Source: Planctomycetaceae bacterium (GTDB lineage Bacteria; Planctomycetota; Planctomycetia; Pirellulales; UBA1268). Taken from it: a DNA stretch of 55,987 nt. Of this stretch, positions 17,657 to 30,583 are shown in pieces. Under the pieces are notes generated by a model, which saw nothing but the letters and a program-made list of their open reading frames with translations, did no database searches and was not told the DNA's origin. The position numbers were made by a program, and so were the translations under genes. How positions within the stretch are numbered: position 1 is the stretch's first letter; every line of letters begins with the position of its first letter. The stretch spans positions 1 to 55,987 of the forward strand of contig CANGGT010000003.1 in the NCBI GenBank assembly GCA_947453375.1. Direction: 5' to 3'.

Positions 17657-18436
17657 TCAGTCAATCCGCTGCCCGGCCTTGGCATCGCGGAACGGCGTGC
17701 CTGGCCGGAGGGCCCGCTCGGCGACCACCGCCGCCGCCGATCCGCCGAGCCACAGCGCCGCGCCGGCGAGTGCGCCGGTCACGATAGCCGCAGGCCCCGC
17801 GGCGGCGGTGGCCGCGGCACAGACCGCGGCGCTCGTCGCCAGCCCTGCCGATTCGCCCGCCCGGCGGCTCCGTTCGGGGGAGTGGCCTGCCTGATGGGCG
17901 CTCCACTCGGCGACCATCGCTGCCCCCTCGGCGACAAGGGTGGCGGGAAGGAGCGTGCGGAGGCCGAAGCGGACGGTCGTGCCGAGCACCGTGCGGATTG
18001 CCACCCGTTCGGCGGCCCCGGCTGCGGCCCGGGCGGCCACCACGGCCGCCACTCGGGCTGCGGCACTCCCGACCCGCGATGCGAGGAGATCGACCTGCCG
18101 GCTCCCGCGCTCGCCGGTGGCGCACCAGGTGGCGAAGTGCTCGCAGTTCTCCACCACGGGGCAATAGCCGTCGCGGCCCACCAGCGACAGCGCCCGCGTG
18201 GCGATCTCGTCGGGGGAGAAGCGGGGGGGCGGATCGGTGATCACGCGGATCGGGGCGCCGGCGGCAAACTCCGCTGCACTTGTCCGGGCGATCCTGCCGC
18301 CGTCGAAGATCCGCTCCGGATCATCGGGCCGGCCGTGAACGACGGTGCCGTCGCCCAGATCGATGCCGTGGTGGGTGTAGGTGACCGTCGAGCCGGCGAA
18401 CCGGCGTTCTGCTGCGAGTCTGTCGCCCCGTGCCAT
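17657..18436 (-). CDS. LRAT/NC-domain (permuted NlpC/P60) protein
   Basis: YTHHGIDLGDGTVVH and NCEHFATWCATG; Ala/Gly-rich hydrophobic C-terminus. Confidence 0.88.
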   Translation of the reverse strand: MARGDRLAAERRFAGSTVTYTHHGIDLGDGTVVHGRPDDPERIFDGGRIARTSAAEFAAGAPIRVITDPPPRFSPDEIATRALSLVGRDGYCPVVENCEHFATWCATGERGSRQVDLLASRVGSAAARVAAVVAARAAAGAAERVAIRTVLGTTVRFGLRTLLPATLVAEGAAMVAEWSAHQAGHSPERSRRAGESAGLATSAAVCAAATAAAGPAAIVTGALAGAALWLGGSAAAVVAERALRPGTPFRDAKAGQRID

Positions 18437-18596
18437 CCGATCCTCCCGTGAGATTGCCGAAAGGCTGCTGCCGGCCGGAGGGGCGTTTGCGACGCATCTC
18501 GGGCCTGGGAAAGTCTACGGCTCCGGCCTCGGGCCGGTTCGGGGAGAGGCATTTTCCGGCAGTGCGGGCGCCGTTTTACCGGACGGGCAGCCGGTG

Positions 18597-20450
18597 TCAG
18601 TCGGCCCGCATTCGCTGGCGGAAGTACTTCAGCCCCGGGAAGAAGAAGCAGGCGGCGCTCACCAGCCCGAAGACGATGTGAGCATGGACGGGGAACTTGC
18701 ACATCACCAGGGCCGTCGCGAACAGCGCCGCGGCCTGGACATAAAACGCCCCGGAGAGAATCCCGGCCTTCGCGAAGAACGCCAGCCCTGCCACGAGCGC
18801 CAGCACCGGCGAGAGCGTGAGGACCGGAAGATGCATGAGATCCTCGACCCAAAAAAGGAGCACACTGCAGATCACGCTCCCTCCCCAGATGTGGGCGATC
18901 TGCCGCTCGACCGCCGTGACCGGCCCGTTGCGGTGCCGCAGCGCCCAGAAGATCGGCGCCCACAGCGCGAGGCCGCCGGCCCAGAGGACGAGGTAGGGCC
19001 AGCGCGTCGTCACCCCCTGCCAAGCGAGGACGTCGGTGGTCACGGAGAGGGCGAGGAGGACGACCGAATGCCACATCCAGAGGAGGCCCCAGTTCTCGAG
19101 GACGACCGCGTGGTGTGTTTCGCGGAAGAGGCGAGAGACGACGTCGGCGAGCCCGCCACGGCGGGCGGCGACCGGCTCGCCGGCGAGATACGCGCGGAGG
19201 TCGGCGGCGAGGTCGCCGGCCGAGGCGTAGCGGAGGTCGGCCGGCTTCTGGAGAGTCTTCAGGGCGATCAATTCGAGGTCGCGATCGACGCGCCGATCGA
19301 TCGAGCGTGGCACCGGCGGATCGGATTCGAGCACCGCAAGGAGCGTGTCCATCGGGCTCGAGCCCTGGAACGGCGGGCGGCCGGTGAGCATCTGGTAGAG
19401 GATCGCGCCGAGGCTCCAGACGTCGCTTGCCGGGCCGACATCGCCGCGGCTGCCGGCCGCCTGTTCCGGCGACATGTAGCAGGGGGTGCCGAGGATGGCG
19501 CCAGTATGGGTGACCGAGGCGTCGGCCTCGAGCCGCTTGGCGAGCCCGAAGTCGGAGACGCGCGGAAAGCCGTCGAGATCGATGAGGATGTTCGAGGGCT
19601 TGAGGTCGCGGTGGAGGACGCCGCGCGAATGGGCCATCTGGACGGCTTCCGCGACCTGCGCCAGGAGCGTCGCGGTCTCGCGTGCGGGGATCGGCCCGGC
19701 GGCGAGACGGCGGGCGAGCGTCGTCCCCTCGACATATTGCATCGAGTAGAAGGGAAGGCCGTCGTGCTGCCCGACCTCGAACACCGACACGATGCCGGGA
19801 TGGTCGAGACGGGCTGCGGCCTCTGCCTCGCTGCGGAAGCGGGCGAGATCGGCGGCAGAGGCGAGCTCGCGGCGGAGGAGCATCTTCACCGCCACGATCC
19901 GCCCGAGGCTCAGCTGCCGCGCCCGGTAAACGACCCCCATCCCGCCGCGGCCGATCTCCTCGAGAAGCTCGTAATCGCCAAACAGGGCCGGCAGCGCCAT
20001 CGCCCCCGGTGTCACGGCGTCGTCGGAAGCCGGTGGGGTGGGGGCGACGCTCGGAAAGCTCGTGCGGGTGGGGCCGGCGCCGCGATCGATTGGCGGGGTG
20101 AAGATCGCCGACTCCCGGGCTACCGCATCGGTGACCATCATCGCCGCAAACAGCTCACGGAGCTGGGGGGCGAGATCGGGGTGGGAACGGACGAGGGAGT
20201 CGAGCCGGCCGGGATCGTCGCCATGGTCGGCCAGTTCGTCGAGGAGTTCGGCGAGCCGGGTCTCCTGGGCGGCGGTGAGGGGCTCCTCAACGGCGCGGCG
20301 CCGCCCATGAAGGCGATCCTGGCGGATCGCCCCCCCCGCCCTCCCACGTTCCCCGCGTGCCGTCATCGTCGTGTTCCGTCGCTGGTGGTGCGAGTGTGAA
20401 TCTTGGCCCGTGCGGCCCTGCATCGTAGGGGGGCTGGCCGGGCTGGCCAT
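18597..20450 (-). CDS. Hanks-type Ser/Thr protein kinase with C-terminal multi-TM domain
   Basis: IGRGGMGVVY, VAVK, HRDLKPSN, DFGLA, GTPCYMSPEQ and DVWSLG. Start uncertain; 20450 was chosen to avoid overlap with the sigma gene. Confidence 0.93.
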   Translation of the reverse strand: MASPASPPTMQGRTGQDSHSHHQRRNTTMTARGERGRAGGAIRQDRLHGRRRAVEEPLTAAQETRLAELLDELADHGDDPGRLDSLVRSHPDLAPQLRELFAAMMVTDAVARESAIFTPPIDRGAGPTRTSFPSVAPTPPASDDAVTPGAMALPALFGDYELLEEIGRGGMGVVYRARQLSLGRIVAVKMLLRRELASAADLARFRSEAEAAARLDHPGIVSVFEVGQHDGLPFYSMQYVEGTTLARRLAAGPIPARETATLLAQVAEAVQMAHSRGVLHRDLKPSNILIDLDGFPRVSDFGLAKRLEADASVTHTGAILGTPCYMSPEQAAGSRGDVGPASDVWSLGAILYQMLTGRPPFQGSSPMDTLLAVLESDPPVPRSIDRRVDRDLELIALKTLQKPADLRYASAGDLAADLRAYLAGEPVAARRGGLADVVSRLFRETHHAVVLENWGLLWMWHSVVLLALSVTTDVLAWQGVTTRWPYLVLWAGGLALWAPIFWALRHRNGPVTAVERQIAHIWGGSVICSVLLFWVEDLMHLPVLTLSPVLALVAGLAFFAKAGILSGAFYVQAAALFATALVMCKFPVHAHIVFGLVSAACFFFPGLKYFRQRMRAD

Positions 20451-20460
20451 GGCCGCCGGC

Positions 20461-21219
20461 TCAATCCCCGTCAACCGGAGCGTCGTCCCCGCCGTCGAGC
20501 AGCACCCGGAGCCGGCGCATGGCGCGGAGGTAGCGCATCCCGGCTGCGGGCTTGGAGAGCCCCAGCACATCGGCCGCCTCGGCGGTGGAGAGGTGCTCGA
20601 AGTGCCGCAACAGGACGATCCGCCGATCGCCGTCGTCGAGTTGCTCGACGGCAGCGGCGAAACGGCGTTCGAGCTCGTGCCACGTCGCCGCGGCGGCGGG
20701 GGTCAGTTCGCGGTCGGCCAGGCCTGCGACCCCGTCGGGGGAGGAGTGGTCGTTGTCCGGAGGACCGGCAAGCGAGACCTCCCGATCGAGGCTCCGCGAC
20801 GCGGCGACGCGATGGCGGCGGTGGGCGTCGATGAGGCGGTCGCGGGCCATGTGCCGCAGCCAAAGTTGGAACGGCATCGTCGGGTTGGCGAGGTAGTCGC
20901 CCAGCCGGCGGTTGGCCTCGAGCATGACGTCCTGAACGATGTCGCTGGCATCGACGCGCCGCTGCATGACCCGATCCATTCGCCGATCGACCATCCGCCG
21001 GATGGCGTCACGGTGGCGGGCGAGGAGGCCGTTGACGGCGTCGTCGTCGCCATCGCGGACGCGGTCGAGGAGGATCTGGGTGGGGGGGCCATCCCGCCAC
21101 GGCGCGGCGGCGGGTGGAAGGGTCGGCGGCGCCCCGTCATGGACTCCGTCGGCCCCGCGGCCCGCGGCGGCATCCTCGTCGTCCGGCTTTCGGCCGGGAT
21201 TGCCTGACGGCACGTTCAT
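20461..21219 (-). CDS. ECF sigma-70 factor, planctomycete type
   Basis: RRVDASDIVQDV, FQLWLRHMARDRLIDAHRRH and region 4 LRHFEHLSTAEAADVLG...RYLRAMRRL. Confidence 0.93.
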   Translation of the reverse strand: MNVPSGNPGRKPDDEDAAAGRGADGVHDGAPPTLPPAAAPWRDGPPTQILLDRVRDGDDDAVNGLLARHRDAIRRMVDRRMDRVMQRRVDASDIVQDVMLEANRRLGDYLANPTMPFQLWLRHMARDRLIDAHRRHRVAASRSLDREVSLAGPPDNDHSSPDGVAGLADRELTPAAAATWHELERRFAAAVEQLDDGDRRIVLLRHFEHLSTAEAADVLGLSKPAAGMRYLRAMRRLRVLLDGGDDAPVDGD

Positions 21220-21291
21220 GCGGTTCCTCTGGTCCGCTTCATTGTACCCATGTGTCGGGAGGGCGGAGGCTGCGGAACGCTGCGGGTTTTT

Positions 21292-21320
21292 TTGACCGTG
21301 TGGTTTCCGTGATCCATAAT
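21292..21320 (+). promoter_or_regulatory. Sigma70-type promoter for the S41 peptidase gene
   Basis: TTGACC-17 nt-CATAAT. Confidence 0.6.
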
Positions 21321-21391
21321 CGCCGGCGGTTCAAGGACAGACCGCTGCCTGCCGCCACCGGACGCGGCAATCCGTCAACGGACTGTTATTC

Positions 21392-23410
21392 GTGGACGTC
21401 GCCCCGTTCAAGGCATGTTCGACCAGCGCTCCGGAGCCTCGTTGCCCCGGAGCCCGCCCCTCCTCAACGGGGCGTGGTTGGTCGGTGTTTGCCGGTTGCG
21501 GTGACTTTTCCGCGGCGGGCCCCGTTCGCGATCGCACTGGCCGTCGCCCCGGTCGGCTCAGCCTTCTCGCCGCGATGCTCGCCGTGCTGGCGGTTGCTCC
21601 GGCGATGTCGATGGCGCAGGTCGCGCCGGTGATCGTGCCGGTTTACGGTCAGGATGACGCCGAAGCGGCGATCGCGCCCGAGCCCGATCCCTCCATGCTC
21701 CCGGCGGTCGTACCAGCGCCGGTGGCCCCGGCCGGTGTGTCGCCCCGGGGCCGATCTGGCGCGGCGCCGGTGCGGCCGACCGTCGCCCTCCCCACGATCC
21801 CTGCGACACAGGCCGCCCCGGCCTCCCTGCCGGTCGCTCCCGAGGTTGCCCTGCCGAGCAGCGCGGACGAACTCTCCGGCCGGCTGGCGGTGCTCGAGGG
21901 GCAGCAGCGTTGGGGAGACATCGTCGCCGCCTGCGAGCCGCATGTCCGTCAGGGAACCCTGCCGACGGCTGTTGCTGACCGGTACGATCTGGCTCGGATC
22001 CACTGTGATCTCGTCCGGCGGCACTCCGAGGCAGCTTTCCGTCAGCGGCTCACCGGCCTTTCCGAGGCCGAGGGGCGGCGTCTCCACGCCGAGGTGCTCT
22101 CGCGGATCCGCAGCCACCACGTCGACGCCCCCGACTTCCACCGCCTCACGCTCCGGGGCTTGAGGGCGATGGAAGTGGCGATCGACCATCCGGTGTTCAC
22201 GTCGTGGTATGCCCCCCATGCCACCGCGGAACGCCGTGCCGCGTACCGTGAACAGGTGGCTCGCCTCGTCGGGGGGCGGATGGTCAATTCGCAGGCCGAT
22301 GCCGAGACGGTGGTGGCGTGGGTCGCCCGGATCGGTCATTCGACCCTCGGCATCCCCCCGTCAGTCACGCTGCTGGAGATGACGGCCGCGTCGATGGGGG
22401 GCCTCGACGAATATTCCGCCTTTCTCACCAACGGCCAGCTCGACGACCTCTACGCGCAGATCGAGGGCAACTTCGTCGGGCTCGGTGTCGAGCTGAAGAC
22501 GGCCCCCGACGGCCTTCTCCTCGTCCATGTCATCGCCGGAAGTCCGGCCGAGCGGGGCGGCCTTCTCGACGGCGACCACATCGTTGCCATCGACGGTCGG
22601 TCGATCGCAGGGATGTCGGTCGACGAATCGGCCCAACTTCTCCAAGGGCCGGAGGGGTCCGCGGTCAGCCTCGACGTCGTCCGTGGCAAGGCCGCTGCGG
22701 GCCGAGTGTCGTTGCGGCGCGAGCATGTCGAGGTACCGAGCGTCGAGGATGTGCGGATGGTCGATGCGGCAGCGGGCGTCGGCCACCTCAAGATCTCCTC
22801 CTTCCAGAAGACGACGGCTGCCGATCTGGAATCGGCCCTCCGCCGGCTCGATGCCGCGGGGATGCGGTCGCTCGTCATCGATCTTCGTGGCAACCCCGGT
22901 GGCCTCCTCTCCGCCGCCGTCGATGTCGCCGACCTGTTCCTCGAGCGGGGCCTCGTCGTGGCGACCCGGGGGCGCAGCCCGGAGGAAGATTTCAACTACT
23001 CCGCGACCCGGCCCGGCACGTGGCGGATGCCGCTGGTGGTGATCATCGACGGCGACTCGGCCAGCTCCAGCGAGATCTTCGCCGGGGCGATCCGCGATCA
23101 CGGACGTGGCACGATCGTCGGCAGCCGGAGTTTCGGAAAGGGCTCGATCCAGGGGATCTTCCCGCTCGAGATCGGCGGGGTCGGCCTCCGGCTCACCACC
23201 GCCAAGTTCTTCTCCCCCAAGGGGAAGCCGTACAGCCGGGTCGGGGTCGAGCCCGATCTCGCCGTCCACTCCAGCGCCCGCGTCCAGGATGGGGGCGAGG
23301 CTGTTCCGACGACCGGCGATGCCGCGCTCGAGGCGGCCCTCGCCGCGGCACGGCGGGCCACCGTCCGCCAATCGACCCGCCCTGCCCCCCGCTCCCAGGC
23401 CTCGAGGTAG
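21392..23410 (+). CDS. S41 family carboxyl-terminal processing protease (PDZ plus catalytic domain)
   Basis: GNFVGLGVEL (PDZ), IDLRGNPGG, SASSSEIFAGA and SFGKGSIQ. The true start may lie further downstream. Confidence 0.9.
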   Translation: MDVAPFKACSTSAPEPRCPGARPSSTGRGWSVFAGCGDFSAAGPVRDRTGRRPGRLSLLAAMLAVLAVAPAMSMAQVAPVIVPVYGQDDAEAAIAPEPDPSMLPAVVPAPVAPAGVSPRGRSGAAPVRPTVALPTIPATQAAPASLPVAPEVALPSSADELSGRLAVLEGQQRWGDIVAACEPHVRQGTLPTAVADRYDLARIHCDLVRRHSEAAFRQRLTGLSEAEGRRLHAEVLSRIRSHHVDAPDFHRLTLRGLRAMEVAIDHPVFTSWYAPHATAERRAAYREQVARLVGGRMVNSQADAETVVAWVARIGHSTLGIPPSVTLLEMTAASMGGLDEYSAFLTNGQLDDLYAQIEGNFVGLGVELKTAPDGLLLVHVIAGSPAERGGLLDGDHIVAIDGRSIAGMSVDESAQLLQGPEGSAVSLDVVRGKAAAGRVSLRREHVEVPSVEDVRMVDAAAGVGHLKISSFQKTTAADLESALRRLDAAGMRSLVIDLRGNPGGLLSAAVDVADLFLERGLVVATRGRSPEEDFNYSATRPGTWRMPLVVIIDGDSASSSEIFAGAIRDHGRGTIVGSRSFGKGSIQGIFPLEIGGVGLRLTTAKFFSPKGKPYSRVGVEPDLAVHSSARVQDGGEAVPTTGDAALEAALAAARRATVRQSTRPAPRSQASR

Positions 23411-23434
23411 TGTGGTTCGGGGGGGCGGCGCAGC

Positions 23435-23463
23435 TTGAAAGTCACCCTCCCGCGGGCTAGGCT
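23435..23463 (+). promoter_or_regulatory. Sigma70-type promoter upstream of glutamine synthetase
   Basis: TTGAAA-17 nt-TAGGCT, about 390 nt before the ATG. Confidence 0.5.
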
Positions 23464-23852
23464 GCCTCACGCTCGAGTCATGTCCTCCGCAGATTTCTTC
23501 TTCTGACTGCGAGGAGCTGACGGGCGTGTCGGTCGGTCGGTTGGCGGGAGTTCGCGCACGTTGTGCCCAGGCACGACGGTCGGGCATGGCGGTGCCCGGT
23601 CGGAGTGCCGGCGTGTCGATCCCCCACCGGAGTCCGCTCACCGTCTGCCCATGGCCGAGCCCCGTGTTGCCCCGCCACCTCCCTTCCCAAGGGGCCGGTG
23701 ACGGGTCGTTCCTGTCCTGTTTCGGTCCGCCTGCTCCGAGCCCCTTCGCTGTGCCGTGTCGGCTTGTCCGTCGCGGAGCATGGCTGGGAATGCGAGCGTA
23801 TCGTTCACTCCCCTGTCTCCCGTAGCCCGCCATCACGAAGAAGGATCCATTC

Positions 23853-26023
<2,171 letters not shown>

Positions 26024-26027
<4 letters not shown>

Positions 26028-26788
26028 GCAGCACAAACTCAGGCAACCCCGACGGGGAGTCACTCCCCGTCGGGCCCCTCGATCCTTCGGCCCTCGCCCC
26101 GGCCATCCGGGCGGAGTGTGAGCGTCTGTCGCTCGCGCTCCCGCCCGGGGTCGAGGAGGGACTGGCGGCCTACGCAACGCGTCTTTGGGCGTGGAACGAA
26201 CGGCTCAACCTCACCCGCCACACCGATGTCGAGCGCTTCGTGTCGCGCGATGTCGCCGATGCGGTGGCTGTCGCTGGCCATCTCGCCGCCGGGGAGCGGG
26301 TCCTCGATGTTGGCACCGGCGGAGGCGTTCCGGGCGTGCTCCTGGCGATCCTCCGCCCCGATCTCCGCGTCGAACTCTCGGACAGCGTGGCGAAGAAGGC
26401 GAAGGCCGTGCGGGCGATCGTGGCCGAGGCGGGGCTGTCGATCCCCGTTCACGAAGGGGCCGCGCAGGAGCTTGTGAGCCGGCGCGGCGAGAAGGACCGC
26501 TTTGACGCCCTCGTCATCCGCGCGGTGGCCCCGTTGATCAAGCTGCTCACCTGGTTTGAGCCTCTCGCCGACCACTATGGGCGGATGTTGATCATCAAGG
26601 GACCGCGCTGGGAGGAGGAGAAGGGGGAGGCAAGGCACCGCGGCTGGGTCAAGAAAGTGACCGTGCGCCGCGTGGCGGCCTGGCCGATCCGCGGCAGCGA
26701 CAACGAGAGCGTCCTCCTCGAGGTCCGCCGGCGGGAAACCCGCGACGAAGCCCAGCAACCTGCCCCGCCAACTCGCCCGAAACGCTGA
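26024..26788 (+). CDS. rsmG: 16S rRNA m7G527 methyltransferase
   Basis: [23 protein letters not shown] and KG motifs; overlaps the glnA stop (GTGA). Confidence 0.93.
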
Positions 26789-26901
26789 CTCCGCCCGTCT
26801 GGCGTCTTGTTTGGGGCGGGCCTTTTGGCGCTTGGGGGTACCGGGGGGTTCGTGCGGAAGTCGGAAGGGCCCAGGGCTCCGCGGAAGGTTAGAATGGAGG
26901 C

Positions 26902-29247
26902 ATGGCCAGCTCCCCTGCCCGCTTCCTGATCCCCATCCTGGCGTTGGTCGCGCCGACCGTGAACCGATCGGCCGTGGCCGACGATCACCCCGGCGCGGCG
27001 ATCTACCGCGAGCACTGCCTCCGCTGCCATGGCGACAACGGCGTCGGCACGCCGGCGGCCCCGGCGCCGCTCGTCGGCGACCGTTCGGTCGGGCAGTTGG
27101 CCCGGTATGTCGCCGACACCATGCCGGAGGACGATCCGACCGCGGTCACTGGCGACGCGGCCGCGGCGGTGGCCGAATGGATCCACGGTCGCTTTTATTC
27201 GACGCTGGCCCGTGACCGCCATCGACCGGCCCGGGTCGAACTGGCCCGGCTCACCGTCGGCCAGCACCAAAACGCCATCGCCGATCTCGTGGGGGGATTT
27301 CTCGAGCCGCTTCCCCCCGTGAGCCCGGAGCGGGGGCTCCGCGGCGAGTATTTCCAGGGGCGAAATTTCGACCCCGCCCGCCGGGTCTTCAAGCGGCTCG
27401 ATCCGGGAGTCGGCTTCGACTTCGGCGTCGAGGGGCCCGATCCGGAGCGTTTCGAGCCGGGGCGGTTCGCGATCCGTTGGCACGGCTCGATCGTGCCGGT
27501 GGAGTCGGGGGTGCATGAGTTCGTCGTCCGCACCGAACACGCCGTCCGGCTCCTCGTCAATCACCCCGACTGGGATGGCCCGCCGCTCATCGATGCCTGG
27601 GTGAAGTCGGGTCACGACACGGAATACCGCGGCACGATCCATCTTCTCGCCGGTCGGCCCCATCCGCTGCGGCTGGAGTTCTCGAAGGCCAGTCAGGGGG
27701 TCGACAATCCGGTTCACGAGAAGCCGAGGCGTGCCTCGATCGAGCTCCTCTGGCGGCAGCCGCATGGGATTCTCGAGCGGGTGCCCTCGCGGAATCTCAT
27801 CCCGCAACCCTCGCCGGCGACGTTCGTCGTCACGACTCCCTTCCCTCCGGACGATCGCAGCATCGGCTACGAGCGCGGCAGCACCGTCTCGAAGGAGTGG
27901 CTGGAGGCGGTCGAGGCGGCGGCCATCGAGAGCGCCGCGGCAGTCCGTGCCCGCGCCGGGCGACTGGCTGGCGTCAACCTCGATGCCCCGGACCGAGCCG
28001 AACGACTGAAGGCTTTCGCCGTCACCTTCGCCGAACGGGCCTTCTGTCGGCCCCTCGACGCCCCGGCCCGGGCGCTCGTCGAGCATCCCTTCGACGCGGC
28101 GGCCGACGTCGACGCGGCGCTCGAGCGATCGCTCCTCCTGATCCTCTCCTCCCCTCGATTCCTGTTCCGCGAGCCTCCGCTCCCGCCGGATCCCGCTCTT
28201 GCTTCGTGGGACACCGCAGCCCGGCTCTCCTTCGGCCTCTGGGACTCGATCCCCGACGAGGCCCTCCGCACCGCGGCGGCCCGGGGTGAACTCGAGACGC
28301 CCGAACAGGTCGAGGTCGAGGTGCGGCGGATGTCAGGCGATCGGCGGGCGCTTTCCAAGCTCCAGGCGTTTCTCCTGACCTGGCTCCGTGTCGATCGTGC
28401 GCCGGAGATCGTCAAGGATCCCGTCCGCCACCCGGGCTTCGATCCTGCCGTGATCAGCGACCTGCGGACGAGCCTCCGGTTGCTCCTCGACGACATCGTG
28501 GCCCCCGCCGCCGGGCCGGCCGACTACCGGCGTCTGTTCACCGTTGACGAGGTGCCGATCAACGGCCGGCTGGCTCCGTTCTACGGCGTCGAGCTCCCCG
28601 CCCGGGCAGACTTCGTCCCCGTCCGTCTCGACGACGGGCAGCGGGCCGGCGTCCTCACCCATCCCTACCTCCTCAGCGTCCTCGCCTACGCCGGCGAGAG
28701 TTCCCCGATCCACCGCGGGGTGTTCCTGACGCGGGGAGTCCTCGGCAACGTCCTCAAGCCGCCGGCCGAGGCGGTGGCGCCGCTCGCCCCTGACCTCCAT
28801 CCCGGGCTTTCCAACCGCCAGCGCGTCATCCTTCAGACGAGCCCTGCCGCCTGCCAGGGCTGCCACGCCGTCATCAATCCGCTCGGATTCTCCCTCGAGG
28901 GCTTCGACGCCGTCGGCCGTTTTCGGGGGGGGAGCGCGGGCGAGACCGACGGGAGCTACCTGCCGCGGGAGGGCCCTGAGGTCCACTTCGAGGGGGCCGA
29001 CGGCTTGGCGGCCTATCTCGCCACGAGCGCCGACGCCGAGGAGGCCTTCCTCCAGGCGCTCTTCCATGCACTCGTCAAGCAGCCGATCCGGGCCTGGGGG
29101 CCCGACACGCTCCCCCGGCTGCGGCGGTCGTTTGCCGCCAAGGGCTTCGATATCCGCGAAGCCGTGGTCGATATCATGAAGGTGGCGGCGTTTCCGCCCG
29201 TTCCCTCTCCAGCCTCCCCGGAGCCGACTGATGATCACGCGCCGTGA
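26902..29247 (+). CDS. DUF1592/DUF1588/DUF1585-type protein with cytochrome c and PA14 domains
   Basis: CLRCH and CQGCH heme motifs; PA14-like GLRGEYF...FAIRWHG; [18 protein letters not shown] and [16 protein letters not shown]. Confidence 0.88.
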   Translation: MASSPARFLIPILALVAPTVNRSAVADDHPGAAIYREHCLRCHGDNGVGTPAAPAPLVGDRSVGQLARYVADTMPEDDPTAVTGDAAAAVAEWIHGRFYSTLARDRHRPARVELARLTVGQHQNAIADLVGGFLEPLPPVSPERGLRGEYFQGRNFDPARRVFKRLDPGVGFDFGVEGPDPERFEPGRFAIRWHGSIVPVESGVHEFVVRTEHAVRLLVNHPDWDGPPLIDAWVKSGHDTEYRGTIHLLAGRPHPLRLEFSKASQGVDNPVHEKPRRASIELLWRQPHGILERVPSRNLIPQPSPATFVVTTPFPPDDRSIGYERGSTVSKEWLEAVEAAAIESAAAVRARAGRLAGVNLDAPDRAERLKAFAVTFAERAFCRPLDAPARALVEHPFDAAADVDAALERSLLLILSSPRFLFREPPLPPDPALASWDTAARLSFGLWDSIPDEALRTAAARGELETPEQVEVEVRRMSGDRRALSKLQAFLLTWLRVDRAPEIVKDPVRHPGFDPAVISDLRTSLRLLLDDIVAPAAGPADYRRLFTVDEVPINGRLAPFYGVELPARADFVPVRLDDGQRAGVLTHPYLLSVLAYAGESSPIHRGVFLTRGVLGNVLKPPAEAVAPLAPDLHPGLSNRQRVILQTSPAACQGCHAVINPLGFSLEGFDAVGRFRGGSAGETDGSYLPREGPEVHFEGADGLAAYLATSADAEEAFLQALFHALVKQPIRAWGPDTLPRLRRSFAAKGFDIREAVVDIMKVAAFPPVPSPASPEPTDDHAP

Positions 29248-30562
29248 ACTGCTGCGGAAACTCGGGGTCGGTGCGGCGGTGGCGCCGTTCCTCGGCAATC
29301 TCCCCAGCTTCGCAAGCGCTGCCGGAGCGCGGCAAAGGCTCGTCATCGTCTTCAGCCCCGACGGCACCGTTCGCGAGAACTTCTGGCCGACGTCCGCCGG
29401 GTCGTTCACCGCGCCGGCCGAAGACGGCACGGCGGCGGTGGAGCTGCGGCCGATCCTCGCCCCTCTGGCCCCCTTCAAGGATCGGCTCCTCACGCTCAAA
29501 GGGGTCGGCAACAAGATTCGCGGCGACGGCGACGGCCACATGCGTGGCATCGGCTGCCTGCTGACCGGCGTCGAACTTTTCCCCGGCAACATTCAGGGGG
29601 GGAGCGACACGCCGGCGGGCTGGTCGAGTGGGCTGTCGATCGATCAGGAGATCGCCGGCTTCCTCCAAGCGCGCCCGGAAACCGCCACCCGGTTCGGCTC
29701 GCTCGAGTTCGGCGTCCTCGTCCCCGACCGGGCCGACACCTGGACGCGGATGGTCTACGCGGGGCCCAACAAGCCGGTGGCACCGATCGACGATCCGTAT
29801 CAGATGTTCTCCCGCCTCTACGGGAGCGTGAAGCACCGCGAGAGCCTGCGGAGCGTGCTCGACGAGCTTCACGAGGATCTCGCCCGCGTCTCGGCGGCGC
29901 TACCGGCCGAGGATCGGAGGCTTCTCGAAGAGCACGCCGACCTCGTCCGCGGCTTCGAGCGGGAATTGGCAGCCGAGCGTAACGTCTCCAGCCATGCCGT
30001 GCCCGTCCTCGAGCCGGGCATCCTCGAGGCCAACGACCGGATGCCGACGATCAGCCGCATGCAGATCGATCTGCTCGTCGCGGCGCTCGCGGCCGATTTC
30101 ACGCGCGTCGTCACGCTCCAGTACACGAACTCCGTCGGCCAGCCCCACATGAAGTGGCTGGGGGTCGACGAGGGCCAGCACGATCTCTCCCACGAGCCCA
30201 ACAGCAACGTCGACGCGCAGGAGAAGCTCACCCGGATCAACACCTGGTATGCCGGCGAAGTGGCCCATCTCGCCGCCCGTCTCGCGGCGACGCCCGAACC
30301 GGGGGGGGATGGGTCGATGCTCGACCACACCACAATCCTGTGGACGAACGAACTCGGCGAGGGCAATTCCCACACGCGCGAGGACATCCCCTGGGTGATG
30401 ATCGGCGGGGGCTTGGGCTTCCGCACCGGTCGGGCTGTCGAGTTCCCGGCGGTGCCCCACAACCGCCTCCTCCTCAGCCTCGCCCACGCCTTTGGCCACA
30501 CCGGCCTCGACCGCTTCGGCAATCCCGACTTCTGCGGCGACGGCCCGCTCGCCCTAGGGTGA
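29231..30562 (+). CDS. DUF1552 family protein (Tat substrate)
   Basis: ITRRELLR Tat motif; SIDQEIA, HDLSH and GNSH; usual partner of DUF1592 genes. Confidence 0.9.
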   Translation: MITRRELLRKLGVGAAVAPFLGNLPSFASAAGARQRLVIVFSPDGTVRENFWPTSAGSFTAPAEDGTAAVELRPILAPLAPFKDRLLTLKGVGNKIRGDGDGHMRGIGCLLTGVELFPGNIQGGSDTPAGWSSGLSIDQEIAGFLQARPETATRFGSLEFGVLVPDRADTWTRMVYAGPNKPVAPIDDPYQMFSRLYGSVKHRESLRSVLDELHEDLARVSAALPAEDRRLLEEHADLVRGFERELAAERNVSSHAVPVLEPGILEANDRMPTISRMQIDLLVAALAADFTRVVTLQYTNSVGQPHMKWLGVDEGQHDLSHEPNSNVDAQEKLTRINTWYAGEVAHLAARLAATPEPGGDGSMLDHTTILWTNELGEGNSHTREDIPWVMIGGGLGFRTGRAVEFPAVPHNRLLLSLAHAFGHTGLDRFGNPDFCGDGPLALG

Positions 30563-30583
30563 TCGGGGCGGCGCCGCGGGCCT

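Noticed and set aside
23526-23825. 99-aa ORF in the glnA leader
   Set aside because: It has an Arg/Pro/Cys-rich composition typical of non-coding GC-rich DNA and no recognisable motif. It is not fully excluded, since GAGGAG lies upstream.
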